Positions 28,226 to 37,719 of a DNA stretch of 64,000 nt are shown piece after piece. The notes beneath the pieces are model-generated. The model had not been told where the DNA came from. It searched no databases and saw nothing but the letters and a program-made list of their open reading frames with translations. The number at the start of each line of letters is the position of its first letter. The first letter of the stretch is position 1. The position numbers and the translations under genes are program-made. Source of the stretch: an uncultured Candidatus Saccharibacteria bacterium. GTDB taxonomy: Bacteria; Patescibacteriota; Doudnabacteria; UBA920. The stretch covers positions 340,480 to 404,479 of the forward strand of contig CAYQEU010000001.1 of assembly GCA_964416765.1 (NCBI GenBank). The letters are read 5' to 3'.

Positions 28226-28786
28226 TTATGATGGCCTGGCAAACTTTAGGAGATGGTTGACTTGGTCTTCTGTAATGGGGGCGATCGCGGCGAAAACTTT
28301 GCGTTTTGAAAAATCTATTGGCGTGCTCTTACTCTGCATATAAGCTACCGCGCAGCAGCGATGCCCGCCTTCAATGTGCACAAAACTACCGTCGGGTTTT
28401 TCCAGGAGGATTAACGTGGTGGACTCAGGGAAATCCCGAGCAATCGGAATAATCCGGTCGTGTGAAGCGCACCACTTCATAGCCTCATCTATTTGTAAGA
28501 GATCGTGAAAACTTGTGGCTAAGTTGTTCTCAAAAAAAATGGACCAACCTTTGTAAGGGCCAATTAGAATTTTTGGCAAGACAGAACCAGGATCGTGGAT
28601 TTCCTCATACCGCCATGTTAGTTTGTCGAGACCAAATTTTAGCGCCATGTCCAGGCGCCATTCGGAAATAGAGTTAAATCCCTTACCACGCACGAAATCC
28701 AGGTAGTGCTCCAAACCCGGCTTTCGGGTTTCCGCCCCAAGCCAGATGTTAAAAACTTGGTCAAAAATGAGTTCTTTTGGGTTCAT
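28226..28786 (-). CDS. Hypothetical protein with ParB/sulfiredoxin-like GxHR motif
   Basis: IEGGHRCCA. Confidence 0.6.
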   Translation of the reverse strand: MNPKELIFDQVFNIWLGAETRKPGLEHYLDFVRGKGFNSISEWRLDMALKFGLDKLTWRYEEIHDPGSVLPKILIGPYKGWSIFFENNLATSFHDLLQIDEAMKWCASHDRIIPIARDFPESTTLILLEKPDGSFVHIEGGHRCCAVAYMQSKSTPIDFSKRKVFAAIAPITEDQVNHLLKFARPS

Positions 28787-28851
28787 AATCCCAGCATAGC
28801 AAAAAATGAAGAAAATTTGGAAATCCGGCTTTCACCTGATATAGTTAAACA

Positions 28852-29571
28852 ATGGAAAACACAAACAATATACCTCAAAACGATTCAGGCCACATGCACG
28901 AAAATGGCATGTCTGAAGCGACTTCGTCCGCCAATATGCCGGGAGAAGTACAAGATGACTCCGGTCGTTACCGAATAATTAAAATCGCCCTGATCGTGGC
29001 AATTTTACTGGTCGTGGCGGGATTGCTCTATACCTTTAAAGGCCTCTTTGTGGCTGCCATAGTAAATGGTCACCCCATTACCCGCTACACCGTTATCAAG
29101 GAACTCGAACGCCAGGGCGGTAAAGATGCCCTAGAAAACCTCATTGATAGACAACTGATCAAGCAGGAAGCTGCCGCTCAGCATATCACCATATCGGATG
29201 ATGACGTTAACAAGCAAATTAAGAATTTTGAAGACCAGTATAACACCGGCGGGCAAACTTTGGACAGCGCCCTTGAAGCAGAAAACCTGACGCGGGATGA
29301 CCTGCGCCAGCAAATCATAATCCGTTTGGAAATAGAAAAGATGCTTGGCGATAAAGCCAACGTCACTGACGAGGAAGTTAATAAGTATATTACCGATAAC
29401 AAAGTTGCCATTCAGCAGGGCCAGGAAGATGAAACCAAAGCGGCGATCAAAGACCAGCTTCACCAGCAGAAACTGGCGGACCAGTCGCAACAATTGTTAA
29501 ACGACCTAAGAACCAAAGCAAAAATCAGAGATTTTGTTAACTACAAAGGCGGCTCGGCGCAGGGCAGCTAA
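28852..29571 (+). CDS. SurA-N/PrsA-like membrane-anchored chaperone
   Basis: TM then AIVNGHPIT...LIDRQLIKQEA...LRTKAKI; no parvulin domain evident. Confidence 0.8.
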   Translation: MENTNNIPQNDSGHMHENGMSEATSSANMPGEVQDDSGRYRIIKIALIVAILLVVAGLLYTFKGLFVAAIVNGHPITRYTVIKELERQGGKDALENLIDRQLIKQEAAAQHITISDDDVNKQIKNFEDQYNTGGQTLDSALEAENLTRDDLRQQIIIRLEIEKMLGDKANVTDEEVNKYITDNKVAIQQGQEDETKAAIKDQLHQQKLADQSQQLLNDLRTKAKIRDFVNYKGGSAQGS

Positions 29572-29624
29572 CTCATGACCGCCCGCAAGGGCGGTTTTAA
29601 GTCTGAGTAATCTATCTAAAAACT

Positions 29625-29999
29625 ATGGACGATTCACGTCTTCAGGAGCAAGTTGAGCAATACGCGAAGCTTGCCAAAGAAAATAAAGACATAGACGTTG
29701 CGGCGCTAATGGTTAGCGCCCTTCAGCACCAGGAAGAAAACAAAGTATCAGGCAAAGCCAAGAAATGGGTCTATTTTATTTCCATTAGCCTGCCGCCAAT
29801 CGGCATACTGATTGCTTTGTTTTACTATTTTAGCGATGAGTCGGATGCCAAAACCGTCGCCAATATTTGCATCCTGCTAACAGTGGTTTCGCTGGCTGGA
29901 TTTCTCCTTTTAGGTAAAGTGTTTCTGTCTTCTTCAGGAACCAACGTCCAGCAGATTGAACAGATCAACGTAAATGACATCCGTCAACTGAGCCAATAA
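29625..29999 (+). CDS. Hypothetical membrane protein
   Basis: Two TM segments; stop overlaps the next start. Confidence 0.7.
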   Translation: MDDSRLQEQVEQYAKLAKENKDIDVAALMVSALQHQEENKVSGKAKKWVYFISISLPPIGILIALFYYFSDESDAKTVANICILLTVVSLAGFLLLGKVFLSSSGTNVQQIEQINVNDIRQLSQ

Positions 30000-30619
30000 T
30001 GGAATTAATTGACCTGACCCATACAATTGAAATACCGATGCCCGTGTACCCGGGCGACGAGGAACCCACGGTTACCCAGACCGCTTTTTTGAAACAAGAC
30101 GGTTACAATGATTTTTCTCTTTCCAGCGGCATGCACGTTGGTACGCACATCGACGCGCCCCTGCACTTCCTGGCAAAAGGGGTAAAGATATCTGAGACAC
30201 CGGTGCAGGACTTTTTTGGCAGGGGCCGATTAATTGATGCCAGAAAACAGCTGACTATTCACGAAGGTCTTCTGAAAGGAATGGACATAAAAGCGCATGA
30301 CACTGTTTTGATCCTGACCGGGATGGATAAGCAATACCGGAAACATGGATATTTTGAAAATTATCCTGAAGTAACCGAAGGATTTGCTCAGACATTGATA
30401 GATAAAAAAGTCGGCATGCTGGGTGTTGACAGCTGCAGCCCAGACAAAGAACCTTACGAAATTCATAAAATGCTTTTAGGGGAGAATATTCTTATCGCGG
30501 AAAACCTGACGCGCTTGGACAAGCTCGTGGGCAAAAATTTCAGCGTAATCGCTTTGCCAATAAAAATTAAAGCGGAGGCGGGTCTTGCGCGGATTGTAGC
30601 CGGAGTAGAAGACAAATGA
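29999..30619 (+). CDS. Cyclase/kynurenine formamidase-family metal hydrolase
   Basis: IDLTH, HVGTHIDAPLHF, AENL. Confidence 0.9.
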   Translation: MELIDLTHTIEIPMPVYPGDEEPTVTQTAFLKQDGYNDFSLSSGMHVGTHIDAPLHFLAKGVKISETPVQDFFGRGRLIDARKQLTIHEGLLKGMDIKAHDTVLILTGMDKQYRKHGYFENYPEVTEGFAQTLIDKKVGMLGVDSCSPDKEPYEIHKMLLGENILIAENLTRLDKLVGKNFSVIALPIKIKAEAGLARIVAGVEDK

Positions 30620-31269
30620 AGTACCACACGGTAATTTTTGATATGGATGGCGTGGTAATAGACAGTGCAATGCTTTGGAATAATTCCACCACCCAGCTCT
30701 TGGCCAGCCACGGCATTGAATATAATTTCGCAGAGGTCAGGCCCAAGGTTGCCGGTACCAGCCTAAAGGACAGTACCGAGATAATTCGGGAACATTATAA
30801 ACTGGCTATCGCGCCCGAGGACTTTCTTAACCAGAGAAAAAGTTTTATTGAGAAAGAGTTTGAAAATAGTATGGAATTTATCCCCGGGTTTTTAAACTTC
30901 CACCAACAGCTATTGGGGCTGGGGATAAAAACAGGGATTGCCACTTCCGCGTATGATGATTTGGTCAATTTTGCCATCCGAAAGCTGGGACTAATGGAAA
31001 TTTTCTCGGGCCATCTCTACAAAGCCTCGGACGTGGGGGATAAGTCAAAGCCTGACCCTGCGGTATATCTGCACGCCGCCCAAATGCTGCAAAGCCCCCC
31101 GGAACAATGCATCGTGGTGGAAGATGCCCCCAAAGGGATAGATGCCGCCCATAATGCCGGTATGAAGTGCATTGGCATTACCACCACCTTCCCCAGAGAA
31201 CTCATAGCCCACGCGGACTGGGTAGTGGACCGCTATGAGGAAGTGCAACTTCCCCAGGTACTTAATTAG
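30616..31269 (+). CDS. HAD-family phosphatase (beta-PGM/YqaB-like)
   Basis: FDMDGV, KPDP, VEDAPKG. Confidence 0.9.
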   Translation: MKYHTVIFDMDGVVIDSAMLWNNSTTQLLASHGIEYNFAEVRPKVAGTSLKDSTEIIREHYKLAIAPEDFLNQRKSFIEKEFENSMEFIPGFLNFHQQLLGLGIKTGIATSAYDDLVNFAIRKLGLMEIFSGHLYKASDVGDKSKPDPAVYLHAAQMLQSPPEQCIVVEDAPKGIDAAHNAGMKCIGITTTFPRELIAHADWVVDRYEEVQLPQVLN

Positions 31270-31301
31270 AAACTTTTAGTACGACTTGATATAATAATTT
31301 T

Positions 31302-31727
31302 ATGAAAAACTTTTTTAGACAATATAGTCTTTTATTGGCCTGGGCTACTTCATTAGTGGCTACCTTGGGGAGTCTCTACTATAGTAATGTTTTAAACTTA
31401 CCGCCCTGCGTGTTGTGCTGGTACCAGCGCATTGCTATTTATCCGCTGGTTATTTTCCTCGCCGTAGCGATCCAACAAAAGAACAAAAGGATTCATTTGT
31501 ATGTTTTGCCGCTGACCCTGATTGGCATGGCCATTTCCATTTACCATAACCTGTTGTACTACAATATAATCCCGGAAAGTCTCGCACCGTGTGTTAGTGG
31601 GGTATCATGCACTACACGGTTATTGGAATTGTTTGGTTTCTTGACCATACCAACCCAGGCGCTAATTGGTTTTGTTTTAATTAACTTGTTCTTAATTATT
31701 CATGGGAGACTAAATAAAGATGTCTAA
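31302..31727 (+). CDS. bdbC: Disulfide bond formation protein B (BdbC/DsbB)
   Basis: PCVLCWYQRI and a second Cys pair CVSGVSC. Confidence 0.88.
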   Translation: MKNFFRQYSLLLAWATSLVATLGSLYYSNVLNLPPCVLCWYQRIAIYPLVIFLAVAIQQKNKRIHLYVLPLTLIGMAISIYHNLLYYNIIPESLAPCVSGVSCTTRLLELFGFLTIPTQALIGFVLINLFLIIHGRLNKDV

Positions 31728-32373
31728 AGAAACGAAGATTATGATCGCGGTCGCGGTTCTGATACTGGCGGCCGGAATTATACTGTTTATAAAAGCCGGG
31801 CCCGGCAGCCAGCCACAGGCCGGGCAAGCGGTTGATGCTAACTCGCTTGTACGGGATACCAGCCACATGACCGGTAAAAAGGAAGCTAAAGTGACATTGG
31901 TGGAATTTGGGGATTTCCAGTGTCCCGCTTGTGCTCTGGCCGAACCGAAAGTTGAAGAAATCCTGAACGCATATAAGGATGACCCAGATTTTAACTTCGT
32001 GTTCCGCAATTTCCCATTAAGCCAGCACCAGAATGCGCAGATTGCGGCAGAAGCAGCGGAAGCCGCCGGCGCGCAAAATAAATATTGGGAAATGCATAAT
32101 AAGCTATATGCAACCCAGCCGGAATGGGAAACCAGCCCTAATCCATTGGATCTTTACGTAAAGTACGCGACGGAGCTCGGGCTCAATGTGGACCAATTTA
32201 AGTCTGAAGTTAGCAGCTCAAAATACAAAGACATAATCAGCGCTGATATGTCTGACGGGAACAACCTGGCCGTAAATGCCACCCCCACTTTTTACCTCAA
32301 CGGTGTTAAGCTTGATTCCATGCCAGACTTAAATTCCTTTAAGTCCAAAGTAGAAGAGCTTAAGCAAAAATAA
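31720..32373 (+). CDS. DsbA-family thiol-disulfide oxidoreductase (BdbD-like)
   Basis: EFGDFQCPAC, FRNFPL, ATPTF. Confidence 0.9.
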   Translation: MSKETKIMIAVAVLILAAGIILFIKAGPGSQPQAGQAVDANSLVRDTSHMTGKKEAKVTLVEFGDFQCPACALAEPKVEEILNAYKDDPDFNFVFRNFPLSQHQNAQIAAEAAEAAGAQNKYWEMHNKLYATQPEWETSPNPLDLYVKYATELGLNVDQFKSEVSSSKYKDIISADMSDGNNLAVNATPTFYLNGVKLDSMPDLNSFKSKVEELKQK

Positions 32374-32933
32374 TGCTTCCATCGGGTCACATCGCGGCCG
32401 GTTACCTGGTGGCCGAAGCAATTTTACGGATAGCAAAACCAGCTTTGAGTCACAGCCAAAACGTTCACCTGCTCTGGTGGGGAGCGTTTTTTGGTTTCAC
32501 CCCGGATCTCGATATGTTCTACGCCTTCTGGCGGGCGAAGGGTTTTACTTTGCCACGCAAAGAAGTTAATCACCGGTTTTACCTGACACACCGGCCCATG
32601 GTTTGGCTGGCTGCCAGCTTATTAATTTGGCTATTTGCCACTTCGCCTTTCTGGAAAACATTCGCCTTGGTGATGTGGCTTGGGTCTTGGAGTCATTTTA
32701 TACTCGATTCCTTGCGGGTCGGGGTAATGTGGTTGTGGCCGTTTTCCAATAAGTTTTACGCGTTGTACAAGCCAGGGGAGAGGGAAGGGACTTCACGCAA
32801 AAGTTTTTACGATTATTGGATGTGGTTTTTAAATTTTTACACTACCGACCACCCGGTAACTTTCTACCTCGAAATATTGGTTCTTGTAGCGGCGGCGGCA
32901 GTATGGGGCTTGTCCCAGAAAGGAATATTGTGA
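32373..32933 (+). CDS. Membrane-bound metal-dependent hydrolase (YdjM-like)
   Basis: GH, PDLD, HR..TH, SHFILD. Confidence 0.8.
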   Translation: MLPSGHIAAGYLVAEAILRIAKPALSHSQNVHLLWWGAFFGFTPDLDMFYAFWRAKGFTLPRKEVNHRFYLTHRPMVWLAASLLIWLFATSPFWKTFALVMWLGSWSHFILDSLRVGVMWLWPFSNKFYALYKPGEREGTSRKSFYDYWMWFLNFYTTDHPVTFYLEILVLVAAAAVWGLSQKGIL

Positions 32934-33643
32934 AATACCCAAAGCTTGTAGTTCTTCCGCTCGCGGCTTTGCTCGCCGCGGCCGTGTATTGCTATTTAAC
33001 TTCGCAGCTAGGCCATACCACCCTTTTATTAGTGAGGCTTGCTGACTGGTATGCTTTGCTCGCGCTGGCTTTCCTGTATGTCACTTTATTGGGCACCCCA
33101 TTGTGGTCGGCGCTCCCAAATTTGCCAGGGAAAGACGAATTCAACCATTTACGCGGCGCTTTAGGACTTTCCAGCTTGCTGTTTGCCTTGCTCCACGGCT
33201 CAATTGCCTTTTTTGGGCTGTTACAAGGGTTTGATGGGTTAAGTTTCCTCCCCGCAGGCTATCGTCAGGTGGTGGGTTTGGGGTTTGCCGCACTTACAAT
33301 ATTATTGCTCTGCGCGGGTCCGTCCTTCCCGTTTATCCGTGACCGGCTCCAGGGAAGTTTCCAAGCGCTTAAATGGTTTTTATACACCACGGGAATTATC
33401 ATCATCGTGCACGCTACTTTGATAGGCTCGCATTTTGTGGAATTGGGCCGAACGGTTCCTCAGCTAGTTTATCTTTTTTGCTTCTTGTTATTATTCCTGG
33501 AGACCGTTCGCATCAAAAATGGCCTGCTCGCTAGAATAGGGAACTATGCTTACGCGGTTTGGCTGGCGCTGTTAGTGATTTTGCTTTGGGGATATTATTT
33601 TTTCATATTTGCTAATGTCCATTCCTACCATGTCCACGGCTAG
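32930..33643 (+). CDS. Ferric reductase-like transmembrane protein (MsrQ-like)
   Basis: LRGALGL...ALLH, IVH; His-rich C-terminus. Confidence 0.65.
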   Translation: MKYPKLVVLPLAALLAAAVYCYLTSQLGHTTLLLVRLADWYALLALAFLYVTLLGTPLWSALPNLPGKDEFNHLRGALGLSSLLFALLHGSIAFFGLLQGFDGLSFLPAGYRQVVGLGFAALTILLLCAGPSFPFIRDRLQGSFQALKWFLYTTGIIIIVHATLIGSHFVELGRTVPQLVYLFCFLLLFLETVRIKNGLLARIGNYAYAVWLALLVILLWGYYFFIFANVHSYHVHG

Positions 33644-34163
33644 ATTGTTCGGAATTACTTTGTTGGCGGGCTTTTTCTTCCTGAGCTGTCCTTCACCTTC
33701 CCTCGCGCACACCCTAAAAACAGATGGGAACATCGGCGGTCTCCTGCACGTTGACCCTACCGATGAACCGTTTGCCAACTCGGCGGCGACAATATACTTT
33801 GAACTCACCGACAAGACTGCCCGAATCTCCCCGGCAAACTGTGAATGCGAGATGACAGTGGAACGGGAGGGGAATCAGCTATCCACTCAGGCGCTCTACA
33901 CCCAGGACTCCAGCTCGCTGGAAACAAAAATTACATATACTTTTCCCGAACCCGGGGTTTACCAACTCAAGTTTTTAGGAAGGGTCGGCCCGGAGCAGTT
34001 TAATCTCTCTTTTGATGTGAGGGTGCAGCCCGCGGCGCAGTTAACTAATAATGGTGAAAGTGAAAACCATACCGGACATTACATAATATTCGGCGCGGGC
34101 GGTCTGGTACTGATGGGATATCTTCTTTATAGTTATAAACGAAAGCCATCTGCAGCAAGATAA
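33630..34163 (+). CDS. Exported, C-terminally anchored protein with predicted N-terminal His
   Basis: Signal peptide ending SLA|H; YTFPEPGVY beta motif; C-terminal TM. Confidence 0.65.
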   Translation: MSTARLFGITLLAGFFFLSCPSPSLAHTLKTDGNIGGLLHVDPTDEPFANSAATIYFELTDKTARISPANCECEMTVEREGNQLSTQALYTQDSSSLETKITYTFPEPGVYQLKFLGRVGPEQFNLSFDVRVQPAAQLTNNGESENHTGHYIIFGAGGLVLMGYLLYSYKRKPSAAR

Positions 34164-34195
34164 TGGAACTAATGAAAAGCATTAATGCATCGATT

Positions 34196-34765
34196 ATGAA
34201 AAAATTCGTCTTTATCACATTCCTAGCCATCGCGTTGTTAATCCCTCTCACAGCTTCCGCCCATGTCGTGGTAAAACCGGATAGCGTCGGGGTAGCCAAG
34301 TACCAGACGTTTACCGTGAGCGTACCCAATGAAAAAGAAGTTCCAACCATAGCCCTAAAGCTTGTTGTACCCGATTCTGTGGACTCTGTTACTCCCACAG
34401 TAAAACCAGGATGGAAGATTGAAGTCAGTGGAAAGGAAGTGACCTGGACTGGCGGCTCCATTCCCCCTGGCGAGCGTGATGACTTTAGTTTTAGTACCAA
34501 AGCCCCGGCCCAACCAACTGAGCTTGCCTGGAAGGCATATCAAACATACGCGGATGGAACGATAGTACCATGGGACCAAAATCCAGCAGATGGCAATAGC
34601 TCAGAAAAAGCCACTCCCTACTCAATCACTAAAGTGGTAAACGACCTGACCCCCGGGCCGACAAACCAGGCTACAGACAAAACTTCCCGGAATATCTCTT
34701 ACTTGGCTTTAGCTTTGAGTCTTATCGCTTTTGTTACGGCAGTCAGAGCAAAAGCCCAAAAATAG
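34196..34765 (+). CDS. YcnI-family (DUF1775) copper-binding membrane protein
   Basis: ASA|HVVV, VPNE, KPGWK, WTGG, QTYADG..W; C-terminal TM. Confidence 0.88.
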   Translation: MKKFVFITFLAIALLIPLTASAHVVVKPDSVGVAKYQTFTVSVPNEKEVPTIALKLVVPDSVDSVTPTVKPGWKIEVSGKEVTWTGGSIPPGERDDFSFSTKAPAQPTELAWKAYQTYADGTIVPWDQNPADGNSSEKATPYSITKVVNDLTPGPTNQATDKTSRNISYLALALSLIAFVTAVRAKAQK

Positions 34766-34772
34766 GCCAGTA

Positions 34773-34801
34773 TTGACACTTTGCCCATTTTGTGCTATAC
34801 T
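34773..34801 (+). promoter_or_regulatory. rnpB promoter
   Basis: TTGACA, 17 bp, TATACT with extended TG. Confidence 0.8.
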
Positions 34802-34810
34802 AAGGTGCAA

Positions 34811-35143
34811 TTTAAGGAAACCGAATAATCGCCCCTACAAGCAATTGCAGGGGAGGAAAGTCCGAACACTCATTTGATGCCTTCTATAGGGTCATCAAAA
34901 AGGTAGTGGGTAACGCCCGCCGGGAGTAATCCTAGAGATGCGAACAGTGACGCCGCTACTGGAAACAGTACGGCCCCAGGCCTTTGGCCCGGGTGAACTT
35001 TGGCGGCAACGCCAAGGGTGAAACGGCTAAATTCTTACCTGAGTGCAAAGCCAAATTTGGTAGGCTGCACGAGCTTTTCAGCAATGAAAAGACTAGATAG
35101 ATGATTATTTAGAAACAGAATTCGGCTTACGAGTTTGCTTGAA
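34811..35143 (+). ncRNA. rnpB: RNase P RNA
   Basis: GAGGAAAGTCCGAA ... AACAGAATTCGGCTTA P4 signature; complementary P1 ends. Confidence 0.93.
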
Positions 35144-35148
35144 TGGCA

Positions 35149-35176
35149 TAAAGGCCGCCCTTTTCGGCGGCCTTTA
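35149..35176 (+). terminator. Terminator after rnpB
   Basis: TAAAGGCCGCC-loop-GGCGGCCTTTA. Confidence 0.7.
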
Positions 35177-35199
35177 AAAATGGTATAATTTGGTATATT

Positions 35200-36636
35200 A
35201 TGAAGCGTTCCGAACTGGTTTTCAACTTAGTCAGCATACCGGTTGATGCAGTCGCACTTCTTGCTGCTGGGGTCATTTCTTTTTATTTGCGCGGACATAC
35301 TTTGGCTGTGGTCCGTCCGGTCGCGTACTACATGCGCGGCTCGGACTTTGTGCTGATTCTGGCGAAGATCGTTCCTGTTTTACTATTGATTTTTGTCCTG
35401 CTCGGTTTGTACAACTTGCGCGGCACCCGCCGCTTCGTTCATGAATTCAATCGCGTGATAGTCGGGATTTCTCTCGGCTTGATGGCGATTTTTGTTTTGT
35501 TCTTTTTCAACCAGACAATTTTCCCTTCCCGGTTCATTATTTTGGCCGGCTGGGGCCTGGCGGTGATTCTAGTTATGACAGGCCGCTTGCTGCTGCGCTT
35601 AGTCCAACAATTTACTTTTTCCCGCGGTTACGGTTTGCATCGTCTGGTAATTGTTAACGGACAAGGCATGGAAGCGGAGACTATCCAGCAAATTTTGAAG
35701 AACCGAGCTTATGGATATGAGGTCGTGGCGGATTTGGCATATGGTGATGGCACTCTGGCTAAGCTTGAACAGCTATACCACAGTGAAAGGATTGATGAAA
35801 TCATCCAGGCCAATACCCACCTGTCGGATGAAGTTAATTACCAATTGGTGGAGTTCGCGCGGAACAAAGGGCTGCAGTTTAGTTTCGTGCCCAATCTTTT
35901 TGACGTACAGCGAAACGCGATTGAACTAAACAACTTAAAAGGCATCCCGGTTATCAGTCTAAAGAATACCCCGCTCGACGGCTGGGGGCGCGTAGCTAAA
36001 CGTATTATGGATATCATTTTAAGTTTGATTTGCCTGCTGATAACCCTGCCATTGTTTATTATCATCGCCATCGCGATCCGTTTGGACAGCCCGGGGCGCG
36101 CGGTTTATTCGGCGCTGCGCGGCGGCCGGGGCCGCGACTTCAAATTCTATAAGTTCCGTTCCATGTACCGGCATTTAAGCGTTGGCGACCAGTATGGCGG
36201 CAAGGAAGCAGAGTCGGTGCGCCAGGAGCTATGGAAAAAGTCGGCGCGAGGCGGGGCCGACGGCGCTTTCCTCAAAATCAAGGACGACCCGCGCGTTACC
36301 AAAGTGGGCCGGTTTATCCGCCGCACCAAGCTCGACGAATTGCCCCAGTTTTGGAACGTATTGAAAGGGGACATGAGCATGGTTGGACCGCGGGCCCATG
36401 TTCTGGATGAAGTCGAGCGCTACCGTAACCGTTACCGGCGCATGTTCAGTATTAAGCCCGGGATATTCGGTTTGTCACAGCTTTCTCAATTGACCTGGCC
36501 AGATCTGCCCTTTGAGGAAGAAATCCGCCTAAACACATACTATATTGAGAATTGGAGTTTGTGGTGGGACTTAAAAATACTAATCAAAACTTTTTACGCC
36601 CTCTTCTTCGTGAAGAAGCCAAATGAGGATTACTAA
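35200..36636 (+). CDS. Polyprenyl-phosphate sugar phosphotransferase (WcaJ/WbaP family)
   Basis: KRIMD, KFRSM, DPRVT, DELPQ, GDMSMVGPR. Confidence 0.93.
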   Translation: MKRSELVFNLVSIPVDAVALLAAGVISFYLRGHTLAVVRPVAYYMRGSDFVLILAKIVPVLLLIFVLLGLYNLRGTRRFVHEFNRVIVGISLGLMAIFVLFFFNQTIFPSRFIILAGWGLAVILVMTGRLLLRLVQQFTFSRGYGLHRLVIVNGQGMEAETIQQILKNRAYGYEVVADLAYGDGTLAKLEQLYHSERIDEIIQANTHLSDEVNYQLVEFARNKGLQFSFVPNLFDVQRNAIELNNLKGIPVISLKNTPLDGWGRVAKRIMDIILSLICLLITLPLFIIIAIAIRLDSPGRAVYSALRGGRGRDFKFYKFRSMYRHLSVGDQYGGKEAESVRQELWKKSARGGADGAFLKIKDDPRVTKVGRFIRRTKLDELPQFWNVLKGDMSMVGPRAHVLDEVERYRNRYRRMFSIKPGIFGLSQLSQLTWPDLPFEEEIRLNTYYIENWSLWWDLKILIKTFYALFFVKKPNEDY

Positions 36637-37719
36637 ATGAAAATTGTCCTGGCACAAGATTCCTTTACCCAAATTGGCGGGGCTGAACGCCTGCTGGCCG
36701 CGGTACACGAAATATACCCTTCCGCTCCAGTCTATACCACCGTTTTGGACAAAAGGCTCACAAATGAATTTAAAGGCTGGAACATTATTACCAGCAAACT
36801 GCAGGGGATATACAATAGGTATCCCCGTTTTCAGCATTTATTTCCTTTGGTGCCAGTTGTCTTGCGGTATTTGAAGGTAGAGCAGACAGACATGCTGTTT
36901 AGTTTTAGCTCTTCGTACATAAAGGGACTACGGAAGCCGGCTGGGGCGGTGCATATCAATTATTGTCATACGCCGACGCGGTTTATATGGACCGACGCCG
37001 ATTATGCCTTGGGTGAAGTGTATCCGTTGCTGCGCCCGCTGGCCCGTCTTTATTTTGTGTGGCTTCGTCGCTGGGATAAGCGCGTTGCCGCGCGAGTGGA
37101 TTATTTCATCGCCAACTCTCATGAAGTGCAAAAGCGGATCAAAAATATTTATGGCCGCGACAGTCAGGTCGTTTACCCTTTTGTAGATACCAATTTTTGG
37201 AAACCGACACGGGCTAAGCAGGGTTACTTCTTAATCGGCGGGCGGCTACAGCCGCATAAAAACAACGAAACAGTCATTAAGCTGTTTAATGAAAATGGGC
37301 TGCCACTTCACGTGTTCGGTACCGGCCGGCAAGAGCCATACCTACGCTCAATCGCAAAAAACAATATCACGTTCTTGGGACGAATTACTGATGAACAGTT
37401 ACGGGATGAATATAGCGGCGCTCAGGCATTGATTTACCCGCCTTACGAAGACTTTGGTTTGATGTCAGTTGAGGCTGCCGCTTGCGGAACTCCGACAATC
37501 GGCCTGGGGCAGGCGGGGATTTTGGAAACCGTAGTGCCGGGGAAAACTGGCGAACTGTTCCCTGAGGCCACTGCGGCAGAAATAGGTAAAATTATTTCCG
37601 GATGGAACGGTTCGCGTTATTCTCAGGGAGACTTGGTATCACACGCCCGATCCTTCAATAAAGAAAAGTTCCAGCAACAAATTAAAGATTTTGTGGAGGC
37701 CCATGAAAATAGCGATTGA
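36637..37719 (+). CDS. Glycosyltransferase family 4
   Basis: GGAER, YCHTP, EDFGLMSVEA. Confidence 0.9.
   Translation: MKIVLAQDSFTQIGGAERLLAAVHEIYPSAPVYTTVLDKRLTNEFKGWNIITSKLQGIYNRYPRFQHLFPLVPVVLRYLKVEQTDMLFSFSSSYIKGLRKPAGAVHINYCHTPTRFIWTDADYALGEVYPLLRPLARLYFVWLRRWDKRVAARVDYFIANSHEVQKRIKNIYGRDSQVVYPFVDTNFWKPTRAKQGYFLIGGRLQPHKNNETVIKLFNENGLPLHVFGTGRQEPYLRSIAKNNITFLGRITDEQLRDEYSGAQALIYPPYEDFGLMSVEAAACGTPTIGLGQAGILETVVPGKTGELFPEATAAEIGKIISGWNGSRYSQGDLVSHARSFNKEKFQQQIKDFVEAHENSD

Noticed and set aside
8108-29598. Recurring AAAACCGCC/GGCGGTTTT palindromes as REP, MITE or CRISPR repeats
   Set aside because: Dispersed, with variable loops and located at gene ends; best explained as intrinsic terminators, and there is no repeat-spacer periodicity
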